From assembly GCA_041288095.1 (NCBI GenBank), contig JBGGMJ010000187.1, positions 1 to 64,000 on the forward strand: a DNA stretch of 64,000 nt. Reading direction: 5' to 3'. A program made the position numbers and the translations under genes. Positions 17,536 to 27,116 of this stretch are shown piece after piece. This DNA is from Myxococcota bacterium. Lineage in GTDB: Bacteria > Myxococcota > XYA12-FULL-58-9 > JALHOP01. The notes under the pieces are model-generated. The model searched no databases, was not told the DNA's origin, and saw nothing but the letters and a program-made list of their open reading frames with translations. Each line of letters begins with the position of its first letter. The first letter of the stretch is position 1.

Positions 17536-18747
17536 ATGATCGAACAAGCCGTCCGCACCCACCCCGGGCTCCCCACCGGAGTGCTTACCGTAGCTCCCGC
17601 CGGCGCCAACGCCCTCGTGGCCAGGGGCATACCGACCGACAAGCTCCTGGGCTCGACCCTCGCCATCGACACACGCGGCTGCACGACCGTGACCAACGTG
17701 CTGCCCGGCGAGAACGCCTATTATCTGCGGGGTGTGCGTGAAGCCCTCAGCCTTAGCCATCTGGCGCACGAAGGCGCCGCGGTCTGCCTCAATAGCGGCA
17801 CGACCATCGGCAACGCGAAGTTGCTGCCCCCAGCCAAGACGCCGCACTGGCTCGATAAGGCTGAGCGCTCTTGCCAGACCAAGGTGCTCCACAAGCTCTT
17901 CGGCCGCCTCGATTTCTTTCCCAAGTTCGAGCTCAAACCCGGCAGCCTCGACGTGCCGTTGCCCGAGGACATCCGCCAATCGAGCTCGGCATTGCGCTTC
18001 TTTTGCATCGAGATGTGCGGTGCGGCCCTCGCGGTACCCTTCGACGACGCGCGCAAGGAGCTCACGGCCCAGGGCTATGCGGACACCCGCTGGTTCGAGC
18101 GTGGCGAATCGCTCGCCCTCGTCACTGTCTCTCCCGACAAGCGCGCCATCGTCGTCGCCTGGCGCTGCGCCGCCGACATCACCACCCTCATCGGCGCTTT
18201 CGACCGCCGCACCTTCGACGACGGCGCCGGCGAGCATGTGTTTCGCGGAGTCAACCGCTATATCGGACAGATCCGCGAGCCGCTGAACGAGTACCTGCGC
18301 GAGCTCATGGCCAAGCACCCCAAGGCGGAGCTCGTCATGACGTCGAACAGCTTGGGCGGCGCCGCCATCGTGCAGTGGGCCGAGCAGGAGATCCGCGGCG
18401 GCCTCATTCCGCAGGAGCGGATTGCCCAGATGACCGTCTTCAACCCACCGGCTGGTCTCGGTCCCGAGCGCACGGCGGCCTTGGCGACGAAGCTAGGCAA
18501 GCGGCTCGACGTGGTCGTGAACCTCAAGGACCCGGTGCGCTGGCTCTTCGGTCTCGACCGCGTGCACAAGAAGCACGCGACCTACATCGACGACGGTTCG
18601 TCGCGCTTCAATTGGTTCGGCCTCCCGAGCATCAAGAACGCCGTCAAAGCGCACCTCTTGGGAGCGCTCCGCCGCGTCATCAAGAGCGACCTCAAGATTG
18701 GGGTCAGTGGTTCCCTACCAACACGAAATCTTCGGCCAGAATCATAG
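17536..18747 (+). CDS. class-3 lipase-like alpha/beta hydrolase, no signal peptide
   Basis: IVVAWR, GEHVFRG, LVMTSNSLGGA (GHSLGG-like elbow), FNPP, VVNLKDPV and AHLL motifs. Confidence 0.7.
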   Translation: MIEQAVRTHPGLPTGVLTVAPAGANALVARGIPTDKLLGSTLAIDTRGCTTVTNVLPGENAYYLRGVREALSLSHLAHEGAAVCLNSGTTIGNAKLLPPAKTPHWLDKAERSCQTKVLHKLFGRLDFFPKFELKPGSLDVPLPEDIRQSSSALRFFCIEMCGAALAVPFDDARKELTAQGYADTRWFERGESLALVTVSPDKRAIVVAWRCAADITTLIGAFDRRTFDDGAGEHVFRGVNRYIGQIREPLNEYLRELMAKHPKAELVMTSNSLGGAAIVQWAEQEIRGGLIPQERIAQMTVFNPPAGLGPERTAALATKLGKRLDVVVNLKDPVRWLFGLDRVHKKHATYIDDGSSRFNWFGLPSIKNAVKAHLLGALRRVIKSDLKIGVSGSLPTRNLRPES

Positions 18748-20251
18748 GGAAGCCGCTCGGCGGATCGAGGAGGTTATCGCCCTCGAGCAGCCGCACCTCG
18801 CGGCGTGCGCGATAGAAGACCGGGTCACCCGCGAGATCGACCGGCCGGAACACGGCCCAGATCTCGACACGGTTCAAGCCCTCCGCCGTGATCCGCGTCG
18901 CCTGCGTCTCACGCAACGCGATGTTGTCGACGGTGAGGTCGTAACAGACCTTTTCGCTCGCCACGGCGCCCGCGGGCGGCAAGACCGGATCGAGGCCGTA
19001 GAGGTAGCTCCACTCGCCGGCGATACCCGGCTCGGTCGGCGTGCGCACTGGGAGGTGAGCTCGGGTCTCGAGACTGTCGAGATAACCGTCGAGATCCGCG
19101 TCGCCGGTCGGATCGTCCTTCACCGGCAAGCCGCCGATCTGCGCCTCGAGGCCGTCGGGCAGCAGGTCACCGTCGCTGTCGATGAGCGCGGGGCTTGTGC
19201 CGATGGCGACCTCTTCGCAGTCGTAGAGGCCGTCGTCGTCGGTGTCGACGCCCGGATTGGTGCAGTTGCCGTCGAGGCGCGTCGGCGAGCGCAATGGCTG
19301 AACGAGCACCTCGATGCCATCGCGGACACCGTCGTTGTCACTGTCGAGGTTCACCGAGTCGGTCTTCCAGTGAACTTCCTCGGCGTCGAGCAAGCCGTCG
19401 CCGTCACTGTCGGGCGCCGGACCGTATTGGCCCAGACGAACGTTGAGGTTCGTCGCCGCATAGAGGGCGAGCTCGTATTTGCGGATCACCGGATCGGTGT
19501 TGACGTCGAAGCTGAAGGACCCGCCAGACGGAATGTTGAAGTATCGCCCGTTGCACTCGTCCGCCATGTCGGACAGCAGCGCCTGGGCGTTGGCGACATC
19601 CGTTACGTCACCAGCGCCGCCCAAGAATGCCGAGTTGAACGAAAGATTCGCGACGCGCGGACCGAAGGCGTCGCACAGGTGGGTGACGCCGGGTGTGATC
19701 GCCGCCGGCTCGGTGACACCAACAGTCGGAAAACCGTCAGAGAGCCAGAACACGATGTAATGCGTGCGCGCGGCCTCAGCGACGCTCAACGACTCGATGT
19801 CGTTCTGAATGAAGTCGATCGCCGCCCACAGCGTGTTGGAGTAGTTGGTGCCGCCTTGCGCCTGCGCGATGTTCTCGAGGGCGCCAGCGAGCACGGTGGT
19901 GTCGCGCGTGTAGCCGAAGGTCTGACGTACCGGCTCGTCGGAGAACGTGATGACTCCGAACGAGACGTTGGTCTTGCTGATGTGCGCGTTGATGGCGTTG
20001 CGGACCGCGATCTCGCGGCGCGGCGCGCCACCAGGCGGCGTCGGGTCGCTCGTCATGTTCGAGCCCGACGTGTCGATCACGAACAACAGCTTGTACGGGA
20101 CTTCTTCGCGGAGAGCGTCGGGGACGCATAGCTGCGCCTTCGACATCTCGCGCATCGCTTCCGGCAACAACTCCTGGTCAACGTAGAGCTCTGCACCGGT
20201 GCACGCGGTCATCCCAAACACCATCGCCGCCGCCCACACCAACCGCTTCAT
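18704..20251 (-). CDS. VWA + thrombospondin-type-3-like repeat lipoprotein (CglB/MtsD-like)
   Basis: lipobox MTAC; LLFVIDTSGS MIDAS; GGTNY and WLSDGFP motifs; DSDGDGL.D.EE repeats; ATGA coupling to the upstream gene. Confidence 0.8.
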   Translation of the reverse strand: MKRLVWAAAMVFGMTACTGAELYVDQELLPEAMREMSKAQLCVPDALREEVPYKLLFVIDTSGSNMTSDPTPPGGAPRREIAVRNAINAHISKTNVSFGVITFSDEPVRQTFGYTRDTTVLAGALENIAQAQGGTNYSNTLWAAIDFIQNDIESLSVAEAARTHYIVFWLSDGFPTVGVTEPAAITPGVTHLCDAFGPRVANLSFNSAFLGGAGDVTDVANAQALLSDMADECNGRYFNIPSGGSFSFDVNTDPVIRKYELALYAATNLNVRLGQYGPAPDSDGDGLLDAEEVHWKTDSVNLDSDNDGVRDGIEVLVQPLRSPTRLDGNCTNPGVDTDDDGLYDCEEVAIGTSPALIDSDGDLLPDGLEAQIGGLPVKDDPTGDADLDGYLDSLETRAHLPVRTPTEPGIAGEWSYLYGLDPVLPPAGAVASEKVCYDLTVDNIALRETQATRITAEGLNRVEIWAVFRPVDLAGDPVFYRARREVRLLEGDNLLDPPSGFPMILAEDFVLVGNH

Positions 20252-21807
20252 TGACACACCGGGCATGTCGACGAGACCCAAGAGCACGTTGCCGCATCGC
20301 ATGTGCGGGTTCTGTGCACTGAGGGACATAGCGGACATGCGCCTAAATCCTCCATATCACCGGGATTACACTGGACGTCATTCGACTGGCATTGGGTGAT
20401 CTGCTGCCAACCGCCGCAGCCACCGGCGCACCGCCATAGCGACGTGCCGGGCTTGTTGCAGGCAGCGGTACAGCTACGCATCTGCTCTTCGCCGGGCGTA
20501 CACTCGGAAGCGCGCGGCGTGCAGGTCGACCAAGAACCCCAGTCGCAGCCGCTGGTGCACGAGCGTGTCTCGCTGCCGCAGCCGCCGGTCCCGGTCGTGC
20601 AATCGCGCGTTTGGGTCTGGCCACTGGTGCAGCTACCGCACGACCCGCTGACGACCTCGGTCCAGCCGCAACCGTTTCCGAGACAGGTGCTGGTGAGCGT
20701 ACGCGTCCGTCCGCAAGAGCCGGCACCGCACTGCAGCGTCTGGGTCTGCACCTGGTTCGGCGTGCAGGTGTTCGGAGCCTCGACGTCGTCGCACTCGTCC
20801 TTGATGGTCGTCTGCGTGTACTGGCCCTGGATGAGCGGCTCGTCCTGGCACGAGTTGACCGTCGTTTGGCCGATGCACTGGCGGCGCATGATGCGCTCAC
20901 CGCACTGGGGCGCGTTGTCGACGCAGTTGATGTGGACGTCGGTTGGCGGACCAGGGGCGCAGCCGTCACAGGTGCCGGGGATCCACGAGCACTGATCGTT
21001 GCATCGCGCCATGGCGGTGAAGCCGTCGGTGCAAGCGTTCGAGAAGCAGGGAGTGGCATGCGAATCACCGGGCTCGCAAGCGCCCTGGTCTTGGCACGGC
21101 CCCTCGACGAAGAAGCAGCCGTCGCAGGTCACGTCGTGTCGGCCGCAGAGGCCACACTCCTCGACGCGTTTGCTATCGCGGTCACAGACGGGTGGCCGCA
21201 CTTGGCAGGCGCTGACCTGCTCCCACTCGCAGCCCGCGGTGCAACGGAACGTCGCGCCGATGCAGGAGGAGCCGCAGTCTTGGCCCACCGGGCACATGTC
21301 GCAGCGGCGGATGCGCTCTTCACCAGGGCGGCAAACCGCATTGACACCGCACGAATCGGTCGTGAGCTTGTCGCAACCATCGCAGACACCGTTCACCCAG
21401 CGACCGCTGTCATTGCAAACGTCGTCCGTGTCGATGCCGCAGCCGCAGGTGCGCGTCTTCTTCTCGCCGGGCGTGCACTCCTGACAAACCATCTTGCCGG
21501 CAACGCAGCGCTCGACGCCCGCGCCGCCCGAGGGGCCGGTGCAATTCTCGCCGCCGAGGTCTTCGTCGGCATCACCGTCTAGATCGTTGTCGAGCCCGTC
21601 GCACTTCTCTTCGGACGGACCACCTTGCTGCGAGCCGGGCCCGTTGTTCGGGCCGCCCGACGTGCCGTCGCCTTCCCACCAGGCTGAACCATCGCCGCCG
21701 GCCAATGCTTCGACGTCGTTGGTTACATCACTCTGCTTTCCACAGGCGACGGCACACACGGCAGCGATGAACGCTACAGCGGTCAGTCGAGCTTTGAGAT
21801 GAACCAT
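20248..21807 (-). CDS. Cys-rich repeat lipoprotein with MopE-related/putative metal-binding motif
   Basis: lipobox AVAC; EKCDGLDNDLDGDADE; repeated CxPG....C..C..G.....C...C.W modules; start 21807 or 21828. Confidence 0.75.
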   Translation of the reverse strand: MVHLKARLTAVAFIAAVCAVACGKQSDVTNDVEALAGGDGSAWWEGDGTSGGPNNGPGSQQGGPSEEKCDGLDNDLDGDADEDLGGENCTGPSGGAGVERCVAGKMVCQECTPGEKKTRTCGCGIDTDDVCNDSGRWVNGVCDGCDKLTTDSCGVNAVCRPGEERIRRCDMCPVGQDCGSSCIGATFRCTAGCEWEQVSACQVRPPVCDRDSKRVEECGLCGRHDVTCDGCFFVEGPCQDQGACEPGDSHATPCFSNACTDGFTAMARCNDQCSWIPGTCDGCAPGPPTDVHINCVDNAPQCGERIMRRQCIGQTTVNSCQDEPLIQGQYTQTTIKDECDDVEAPNTCTPNQVQTQTLQCGAGSCGRTRTLTSTCLGNGCGWTEVVSGSCGSCTSGQTQTRDCTTGTGGCGSETRSCTSGCDWGSWSTCTPRASECTPGEEQMRSCTAACNKPGTSLWRCAGGCGGWQQITQCQSNDVQCNPGDMEDLGACPLCPSVHRTRTCDAATCSWVSSTCPVCQ

Positions 21808-21841
21808 AGCGAGCCTCATCTCGAACACACTCCCAGATGAC

Positions 21842-21858
21842 CCACGAGCAGCTCGTGG
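21842..21858. promoter_or_regulatory. perfect dyad CCACGAGC-A-GCTCGTGG (operator-like)
   Basis: 17 bp palindrome just upstream of the Cys-rich lipoprotein operon. Confidence 0.35.
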
Positions 21859-22090
21859 TGCCCCTAGCGTGTGGGGCGTGTGGGTGCGTGTGCAACGTGC
21901 ATACCACCCGCGATTACATTACGCGGAGGGCGGATTCTGGCGGCTTTACGGCTCTGATCGCCTGTCAGGATGCAGTGCGGTGTGGGGGCTGGTGTCCGCA
22001 AGTGTGGTCCGCAAGCCACGCAAATTGTGAGCTCGGACACACACTTGCATGGCGACAGAGGCCCCTCCGTCGTCGGCTATAGCGGACGCC

Positions 22091-24370
22091 TCAGATGCGC
22101 TCGACGCCGATCACACCGCGCATCGCTTTGATCTCGTTCACGACCTTGTGGAGCTGGTCGGTGTCCTTGATCATGACTTCGAAGGTGTTCACGGCGCGGT
22201 CCTTCGCGGTCACCTTGCAGGTGGCCTGCGCGATGTTGACGCCGTTGTTGGTGAAGCACTGCGAGATGGTCGCGAGGATGCCGGGGCGGTCGCCGGTCAT
22301 GACGCGCAAGGTAACCGGGCGCGCGTAGGTTGCGTGCTCGTCCCACGAGACTTCGATGCGTCGCGCCGGATCGAGATCGGCGGCACGCGTGCAGGTCGCG
22401 AGGTGCACGGTGATGCCCTTACCGCGCGAGATGAAGCCGGTGATCGGATCACCCGGCAACGGCGAGCAACACTTGCCGAAGCGCACGAGCATGTCGTCGA
22501 TGCCTTGGACGACTACGCCCCCAGTAGCCCGGCGCTTGCGCGTGACCGCGCGCTTGAACAGCGACGTGAACACCGACGCGGACTCGGCGACCGCGCCCTT
22601 CTTGGTGGCCTCGGGATCGATCTTCTCGACGATGCTCTGCGGCGTCGTGCGCCCGTAGCCGATGCTGATGAACAAGCTGTCGACGGTGCCGTGGCGCGAC
22701 TCTTCGGCGATTTGTTGCAGCCTGCCCTCTTTGAGCAGCTTCTGCAGCGACAGGTTCGAGCGCTTGAGCTCGCGCTCGAGCATCTCGGAGCCGAGCTCCT
22801 TGCTACGGGCGCGCTCGTTGGCGCGGATGAACGCGCGGATGCGGCTCTTGGCTTTACCGGTCCGCGCCAGCGCCAGCCAATCCTTCGATGGCCGCTGTTG
22901 CGGATTGGTCATGATCTCGACCATGTCGCCGGACTTGAGCTCGGTGCGCAGCGGCACCATGCGGCCATTTACTTTCGCCCCAGCGCAGTGAATGCCGACC
23001 TCGGAGTGAATGGCGAAGGCGAAGTCGACCGGCGTCGCGCCGCGCTTGAGCGAGATGACCTCGCCCTTCGGCGTGAACACGAAGACTTCGTCGGTGAAGA
23101 GGTCGTATTTGACGGTGTCGAGGAACTCACTCGGGTCTTCGAGATCACGCTGCCACTCGAGGAGCTGGCGCAGCCAAGCGAACTGCTGCTTCGACTTCTC
23201 GCCGATCTTGCCCGACTCCTTGTACTCCCAGTGCGCGGCGATGCCGTCCTCGGAGACACGGTGCATCTCGTGCGTGCGGATCTGGATCTCGATGCGCTCG
23301 CCGCCCGGCCCGACCACGCTGGTGTGGAGCGACTGGTAGTTATTGGGCTTGGGCATGGCGATGTAGTCTTTGAAGCGGCCGGGGATCGGATGCCACAATG
23401 AGTGCACGTGCCCGAGCACCTCGTAACACTTGCCGACGCTGTCGGTGAGGACGCGGAAGGCAATGAGGTCGTGCACCTGCTCGAAGTCGAGCTGGCGCAG
23501 CGTCATCTTCTTGTAAATCGAGTAGAGGTGCTTCGGGCGGCCCTGGAGGTCAGCGGTGATGCCGCGCTTGTGCAGCTCGGCGCTCAAGGTCTTCGAGACG
23601 TCGGCGACATATTCTTCGCGCTTGGCGTAGAGCTCGGTGATGCGACCATCGAGCTTCTGGAAGTCGAGCGGCTGCAGATAGCGGAACGAAAGGTCCTCGA
23701 GCTCGCTCTTGATCCAGTTGATGCCCAAGCGGTTCGCGAGCGGCGCGTAGATGTCGATGGTCTCTTGGGCGATGCGCGCCTGCTTCGCCGGGCTCATGTG
23801 CTCGAGCGTCCGCATGTTGTGCAAACGGTCGGCGAGCTTTACGAGCACGACGCGGATGTCCTTGGCCATCGCCACGAGCATCTTGCGGAAGTTCTCCGCT
23901 TGCTTGTGCTGGTCGTTGTCGAAGTGGATCTGCGACAGCTTGGTGACGCCGTCGACGAGCGTCGCCGTCTCGGCGCCGAACATCGTCCTGATGTCGTCGA
24001 GCGTCGCGAGCGTGTCCTCGACGGTATCGTGGAGCAGACCCGTGGCGATGCTGGCCTCGTCGAGACGCAGCTGCGTCAGGATGTAAGCGACCTCGAGCGG
24101 ATGAATGAGATACGGCTCTCCGCTTTTGCGGAGCTGCCCGGCGTGCACCTTCGCCGAGTACATGTAGGCGCGCTGGATGAGCCCCAAGTCGGGCGACGGG
24201 TGATAGCCCTGGACCGACTCGATGATGTCCTCGAAGCGGCGCATGATGAGCTTCTTACCGGGCGAGTCGCCGGTCCCGGTCTGCGAACGTTCGGGTGCCA
24301 TGGGCTCCGGCTTGGGAGCCTCACGCTGCGCGGCCGGTGCCGCGCCATTTGTCGCCGGCGTGCTCGTCAT
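22091..24370 (-). CDS. rel: bifunctional (p)ppGpp synthetase/hydrolase (long RSH)
   Basis: RKSGEPY, LLHDTVED (intact HD), KLADRLHNMRT, RFKDYI and YQSLHT motifs; TGS and ACT domains. Confidence 0.97.
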   Translation of the reverse strand: MTSTPATNGAAPAAQREAPKPEPMAPERSQTGTGDSPGKKLIMRRFEDIIESVQGYHPSPDLGLIQRAYMYSAKVHAGQLRKSGEPYLIHPLEVAYILTQLRLDEASIATGLLHDTVEDTLATLDDIRTMFGAETATLVDGVTKLSQIHFDNDQHKQAENFRKMLVAMAKDIRVVLVKLADRLHNMRTLEHMSPAKQARIAQETIDIYAPLANRLGINWIKSELEDLSFRYLQPLDFQKLDGRITELYAKREEYVADVSKTLSAELHKRGITADLQGRPKHLYSIYKKMTLRQLDFEQVHDLIAFRVLTDSVGKCYEVLGHVHSLWHPIPGRFKDYIAMPKPNNYQSLHTSVVGPGGERIEIQIRTHEMHRVSEDGIAAHWEYKESGKIGEKSKQQFAWLRQLLEWQRDLEDPSEFLDTVKYDLFTDEVFVFTPKGEVISLKRGATPVDFAFAIHSEVGIHCAGAKVNGRMVPLRTELKSGDMVEIMTNPQQRPSKDWLALARTGKAKSRIRAFIRANERARSKELGSEMLERELKRSNLSLQKLLKEGRLQQIAEESRHGTVDSLFISIGYGRTTPQSIVEKIDPEATKKGAVAESASVFTSLFKRAVTRKRRATGGVVVQGIDDMLVRFGKCCSPLPGDPITGFISRGKGITVHLATCTRAADLDPARRIEVSWDEHATYARPVTLRVMTGDRPGILATISQCFTNNGVNIAQATCKVTAKDRAVNTFEVMIKDTDQLHKVVNEIKAMRGVIGVERI

Positions 24371-25689
24371 GAATGTCCCCCGGCGGTCGCTACGACGGCC
24401 GGGCTCTCACCATTCTTCTGCGTCGTTTCCCCACTCTTCACCAAGGCCCAGCGATAGACAACTGGTGCAATCAGCTCATTCAGGGCAACGACGGCCAAAG
24501 TCAAAGCGCCCGCCTCGGCGCCCAGGCCCGGGAAAGTCCGCGCCATGAGGTGCGACAATCCGAGCGCAAGGCCGGCCTGCGGCAGCAATCCATAGGGGGC
24601 ATAACGTCGAACCTCGGGAGGCGAGCCTCCTAGCTTCGCCCCTAGTCTACCGCCCAGCAAGAGTCCAACAGCCCTGGTCAGGGCGAAAACCGGGGCCAAC
24701 AAGCCTACGGTACGAAGGGCCTCGAGATGCAGCGAAGCCCCTGCGACCGCGAAAAACAGCACGTAGACCGGCAAGCCGGCCCCGGAAATGACCTCGTGTA
24801 AGGTCAGTCCCTGATCAGAGAAATTGCGCACGAAAAGGCCCGCCGACAACGCGAGAAGCAAGGGATCGAGCCCCAGCCGCTGACCGACCTCGGCAATGAC
24901 GAAGGCCATGAGCATGACGAAGAGCGGCGAGCTCTTGGGCACCCGCCGCAAGACCACCGCCAGGAGCAAGCCAAGGACGGCTCCGAACCCGAGGGAGCCG
25001 AAGATTGCCCACGACACCCCAGCCGCCGCTTCGAGTGCCGAGGCACCGTCACCCAAGGCGGCCTTGGCGACCGCCGAAACGAACGCAAACAGGACAACGA
25101 CCGTGAGGTCGCCGAGGATGACGCTCGCCGTAGCGGTGCGCGAAACGATGCCCTGGGCCTGCATCTCGTCACGCAAGGCGATGACCACCGCGGGCGAGCG
25201 TGCCGACATCACGGTCGCCAACATGACGGCGACCGCGATGCGCGGTCCGAGCGGCAGGTCGCGCAAGAACGGCATCCAGTCGCTGGCGATGAAGATGGCG
25301 CCGGTCAGCAGCAACGCCGTCACGGCAAGCGCCACGAAGCTGATGGACAGCACGCTGCGGATGAGCGGGCGCATGCTCTTCATCTCCAGCTCCGCTCCAG
25401 CGGACATGGCGATGAGCGCGATGGCCATGCCGCTGACGACCTCGAGGCTCTCCAGCATGGCGTGCGACACGAGGTCGAAGAGCGGCGGTCCAACGATGAT
25501 CCCAGTCACCAGGTACCCGGTCAGCTTCGGCAAGCTCACCGCCTTGAAGTACCCGCCCACGAAAAAGGCCACGAGCAAGAGGTAGCCGAAGGCCAGAGTC
25601 GTGCCGTTGCTCATCACGTCCATGCTGGCGCTGAACGAGCGCATCGCGTGCATGATGGCTGTAAGGACCAGCAAGAGGACGAAGTTCAC
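24367..25689 (-). CDS. cation:proton antiporter family protein
   Basis: LPKLTGYLVTGIIVGP, SPAVVIA, FFAVAGASL and PQAGLALGL motifs; many TM segments. Confidence 0.85.
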   Translation of the reverse strand: MNFVLLLVLTAIMHAMRSFSASMDVMSNGTTLAFGYLLLVAFFVGGYFKAVSLPKLTGYLVTGIIVGPPLFDLVSHAMLESLEVVSGMAIALIAMSAGAELEMKSMRPLIRSVLSISFVALAVTALLLTGAIFIASDWMPFLRDLPLGPRIAVAVMLATVMSARSPAVVIALRDEMQAQGIVSRTATASVILGDLTVVVLFAFVSAVAKAALGDGASALEAAAGVSWAIFGSLGFGAVLGLLLAVVLRRVPKSSPLFVMLMAFVIAEVGQRLGLDPLLLALSAGLFVRNFSDQGLTLHEVISGAGLPVYVLFFAVAGASLHLEALRTVGLLAPVFALTRAVGLLLGGRLGAKLGGSPPEVRRYAPYGLLPQAGLALGLSHLMARTFPGLGAEAGALTLAVVALNELIAPVVYRWALVKSGETTQKNGESPAVVATAGGHS

Positions 25690-27113
25690 ATCGCCCCCAC
25701 GCGCACGAAGAGGCGACGACCGGCCTGGAGAATGATTTCGGTGAGCAAAGCCCCGCCGACGACCGCCGACGCGACGAGAGCAATCGCGCCGCCACGGTAG
25801 AGGAGCTGACCGCTGACCGCGATAGCGATGGCAATCGGCCCCATGGGCGCGAGCGCCAGCGCACGGCGCAGCTCTAGATTTTCACGACGCCAGGTGAGAC
25901 GCGCCGCCAGGTACTTGCCAGTGAGGCGCATGGCCGCGAAGAGCACCGCGAGCGCCCAGCTCCGCCAATCGGCGACGTTCCAGATGGCGCCGACCACGAA
26001 AAGAAACAACAAGTAGATGGGGCGCTCGAAGCGCCGCAAGGTCGGTTGCAGCTGCTCCTTCAAGGACCCAGGCAAGTTCGCGACCATGACGCCGGCGACG
26101 AAGGCTACGACGACCGGCGACAGCGAGAGGTACGCGGCGGCGCCTCCCGCGAAAGCAATGGAGCCCAGGACCAACACCGGAAAGTCGAGAGCGCCGCTCG
26201 TCCGCAATAAAAGAGCATAAACGACGGCGCCTAGGACGAACCCCATACCGAGCGTCAGGAACAACCAGGCGGTGCCGGGGAGCTGCCAAGTGGCGTTCAC
26301 CGTGGGACGGAAGTACGCCGCGACCACCATGAGGCCGGCGATGCCGGCGAGCTCTTCGAGGCGCACCAGGCGGCGGCGCGCGGGCTCGGCATCGGGCCCG
26401 TCGGGCGCGGTCATCGCAGCCGCGGTCCCTAGGAGAATGGCGTCGCGCAAGAACACGGGATTGTTCACGAGCTCGTGTCCGACGTTTTCGATGCCGAAGA
26501 GCAAAGCGCCGCAAGCGGCGACGACGCACGCGAACGGCAGCACGGTCACCGCCAGCACCGCGCGGGCGGCGCTCGCGGGCACGTCGGCGAAGAGCCGCGT
26601 GTCGAAGCGCACGCCGATGACGAACCCGATCCACGCGAGCGCGAACCGCAGAGCCGGGCCGAGCTCGGTGAGCACCGCGTCGCTCACGATACCGACGCTC
26701 GGCAAGCGCGCGATGACGCCCATGATGACGAACGGAAAGCCGGACGTGATCATTTGCGACAGGCCTAACCTGCCTTCGATCTCGCGCACCTTACGGTGGC
26801 CACCGAGGTAAGCGAGGACCGCTACTGCGACCAGGCAGACCAACGTCCCGAGGACGGTCCGCCTGGCATCGGTCGTGGGCTGCGGCGACCCGGAGTCGGC
26901 AAAGAGCGGCGCCACCGTGGGGTCGGCGGGTACCGGCGCGACGTTCGGGCTCCAGGGTCCGAGAATGTCGTCTTCATCCGCCGGAGCGGACTCGGGCTCG
27001 GCCTCGGGCACCACGAGGTCTTCGTGGAACGGCTCGAGGAGACGTTCGGCGCGCGTGGGAAACGAGAGCAAGGCCGTCGACACGGCAATGATGACCAACA
27101 CTCCGCGTCTCAT
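25686..27113 (-). CDS. second cation:proton antiporter-like membrane protein with N-terminal extension
   Basis: signal-like N-terminus, acidic Pro-rich linker, many TM segments; WIGFVIG, LSP..VAF.AG and ERP.Y motifs. Confidence 0.7.
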   Translation of the reverse strand: MRRGVLVIIAVSTALLSFPTRAERLLEPFHEDLVVPEAEPESAPADEDDILGPWSPNVAPVPADPTVAPLFADSGSPQPTTDARRTVLGTLVCLVAVAVLAYLGGHRKVREIEGRLGLSQMITSGFPFVIMGVIARLPSVGIVSDAVLTELGPALRFALAWIGFVIGVRFDTRLFADVPASAARAVLAVTVLPFACVVAACGALLFGIENVGHELVNNPVFLRDAILLGTAAAMTAPDGPDAEPARRRLVRLEELAGIAGLMVVAAYFRPTVNATWQLPGTAWLFLTLGMGFVLGAVVYALLLRTSGALDFPVLVLGSIAFAGGAAAYLSLSPVVVAFVAGVMVANLPGSLKEQLQPTLRRFERPIYLLFLFVVGAIWNVADWRSWALAVLFAAMRLTGKYLAARLTWRRENLELRRALALAPMGPIAIAIAVSGQLLYRGGAIALVASAVVGGALLTEIILQAGRRLFVRVGAM

Positions 27114-27116
27114 CCG

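Noticed and set aside
17368..18318. 5' part of the 522 aa minus-strand ORF
   Set aside because: It is antisense to the lipase; the signal peptide marks the start at 17367.
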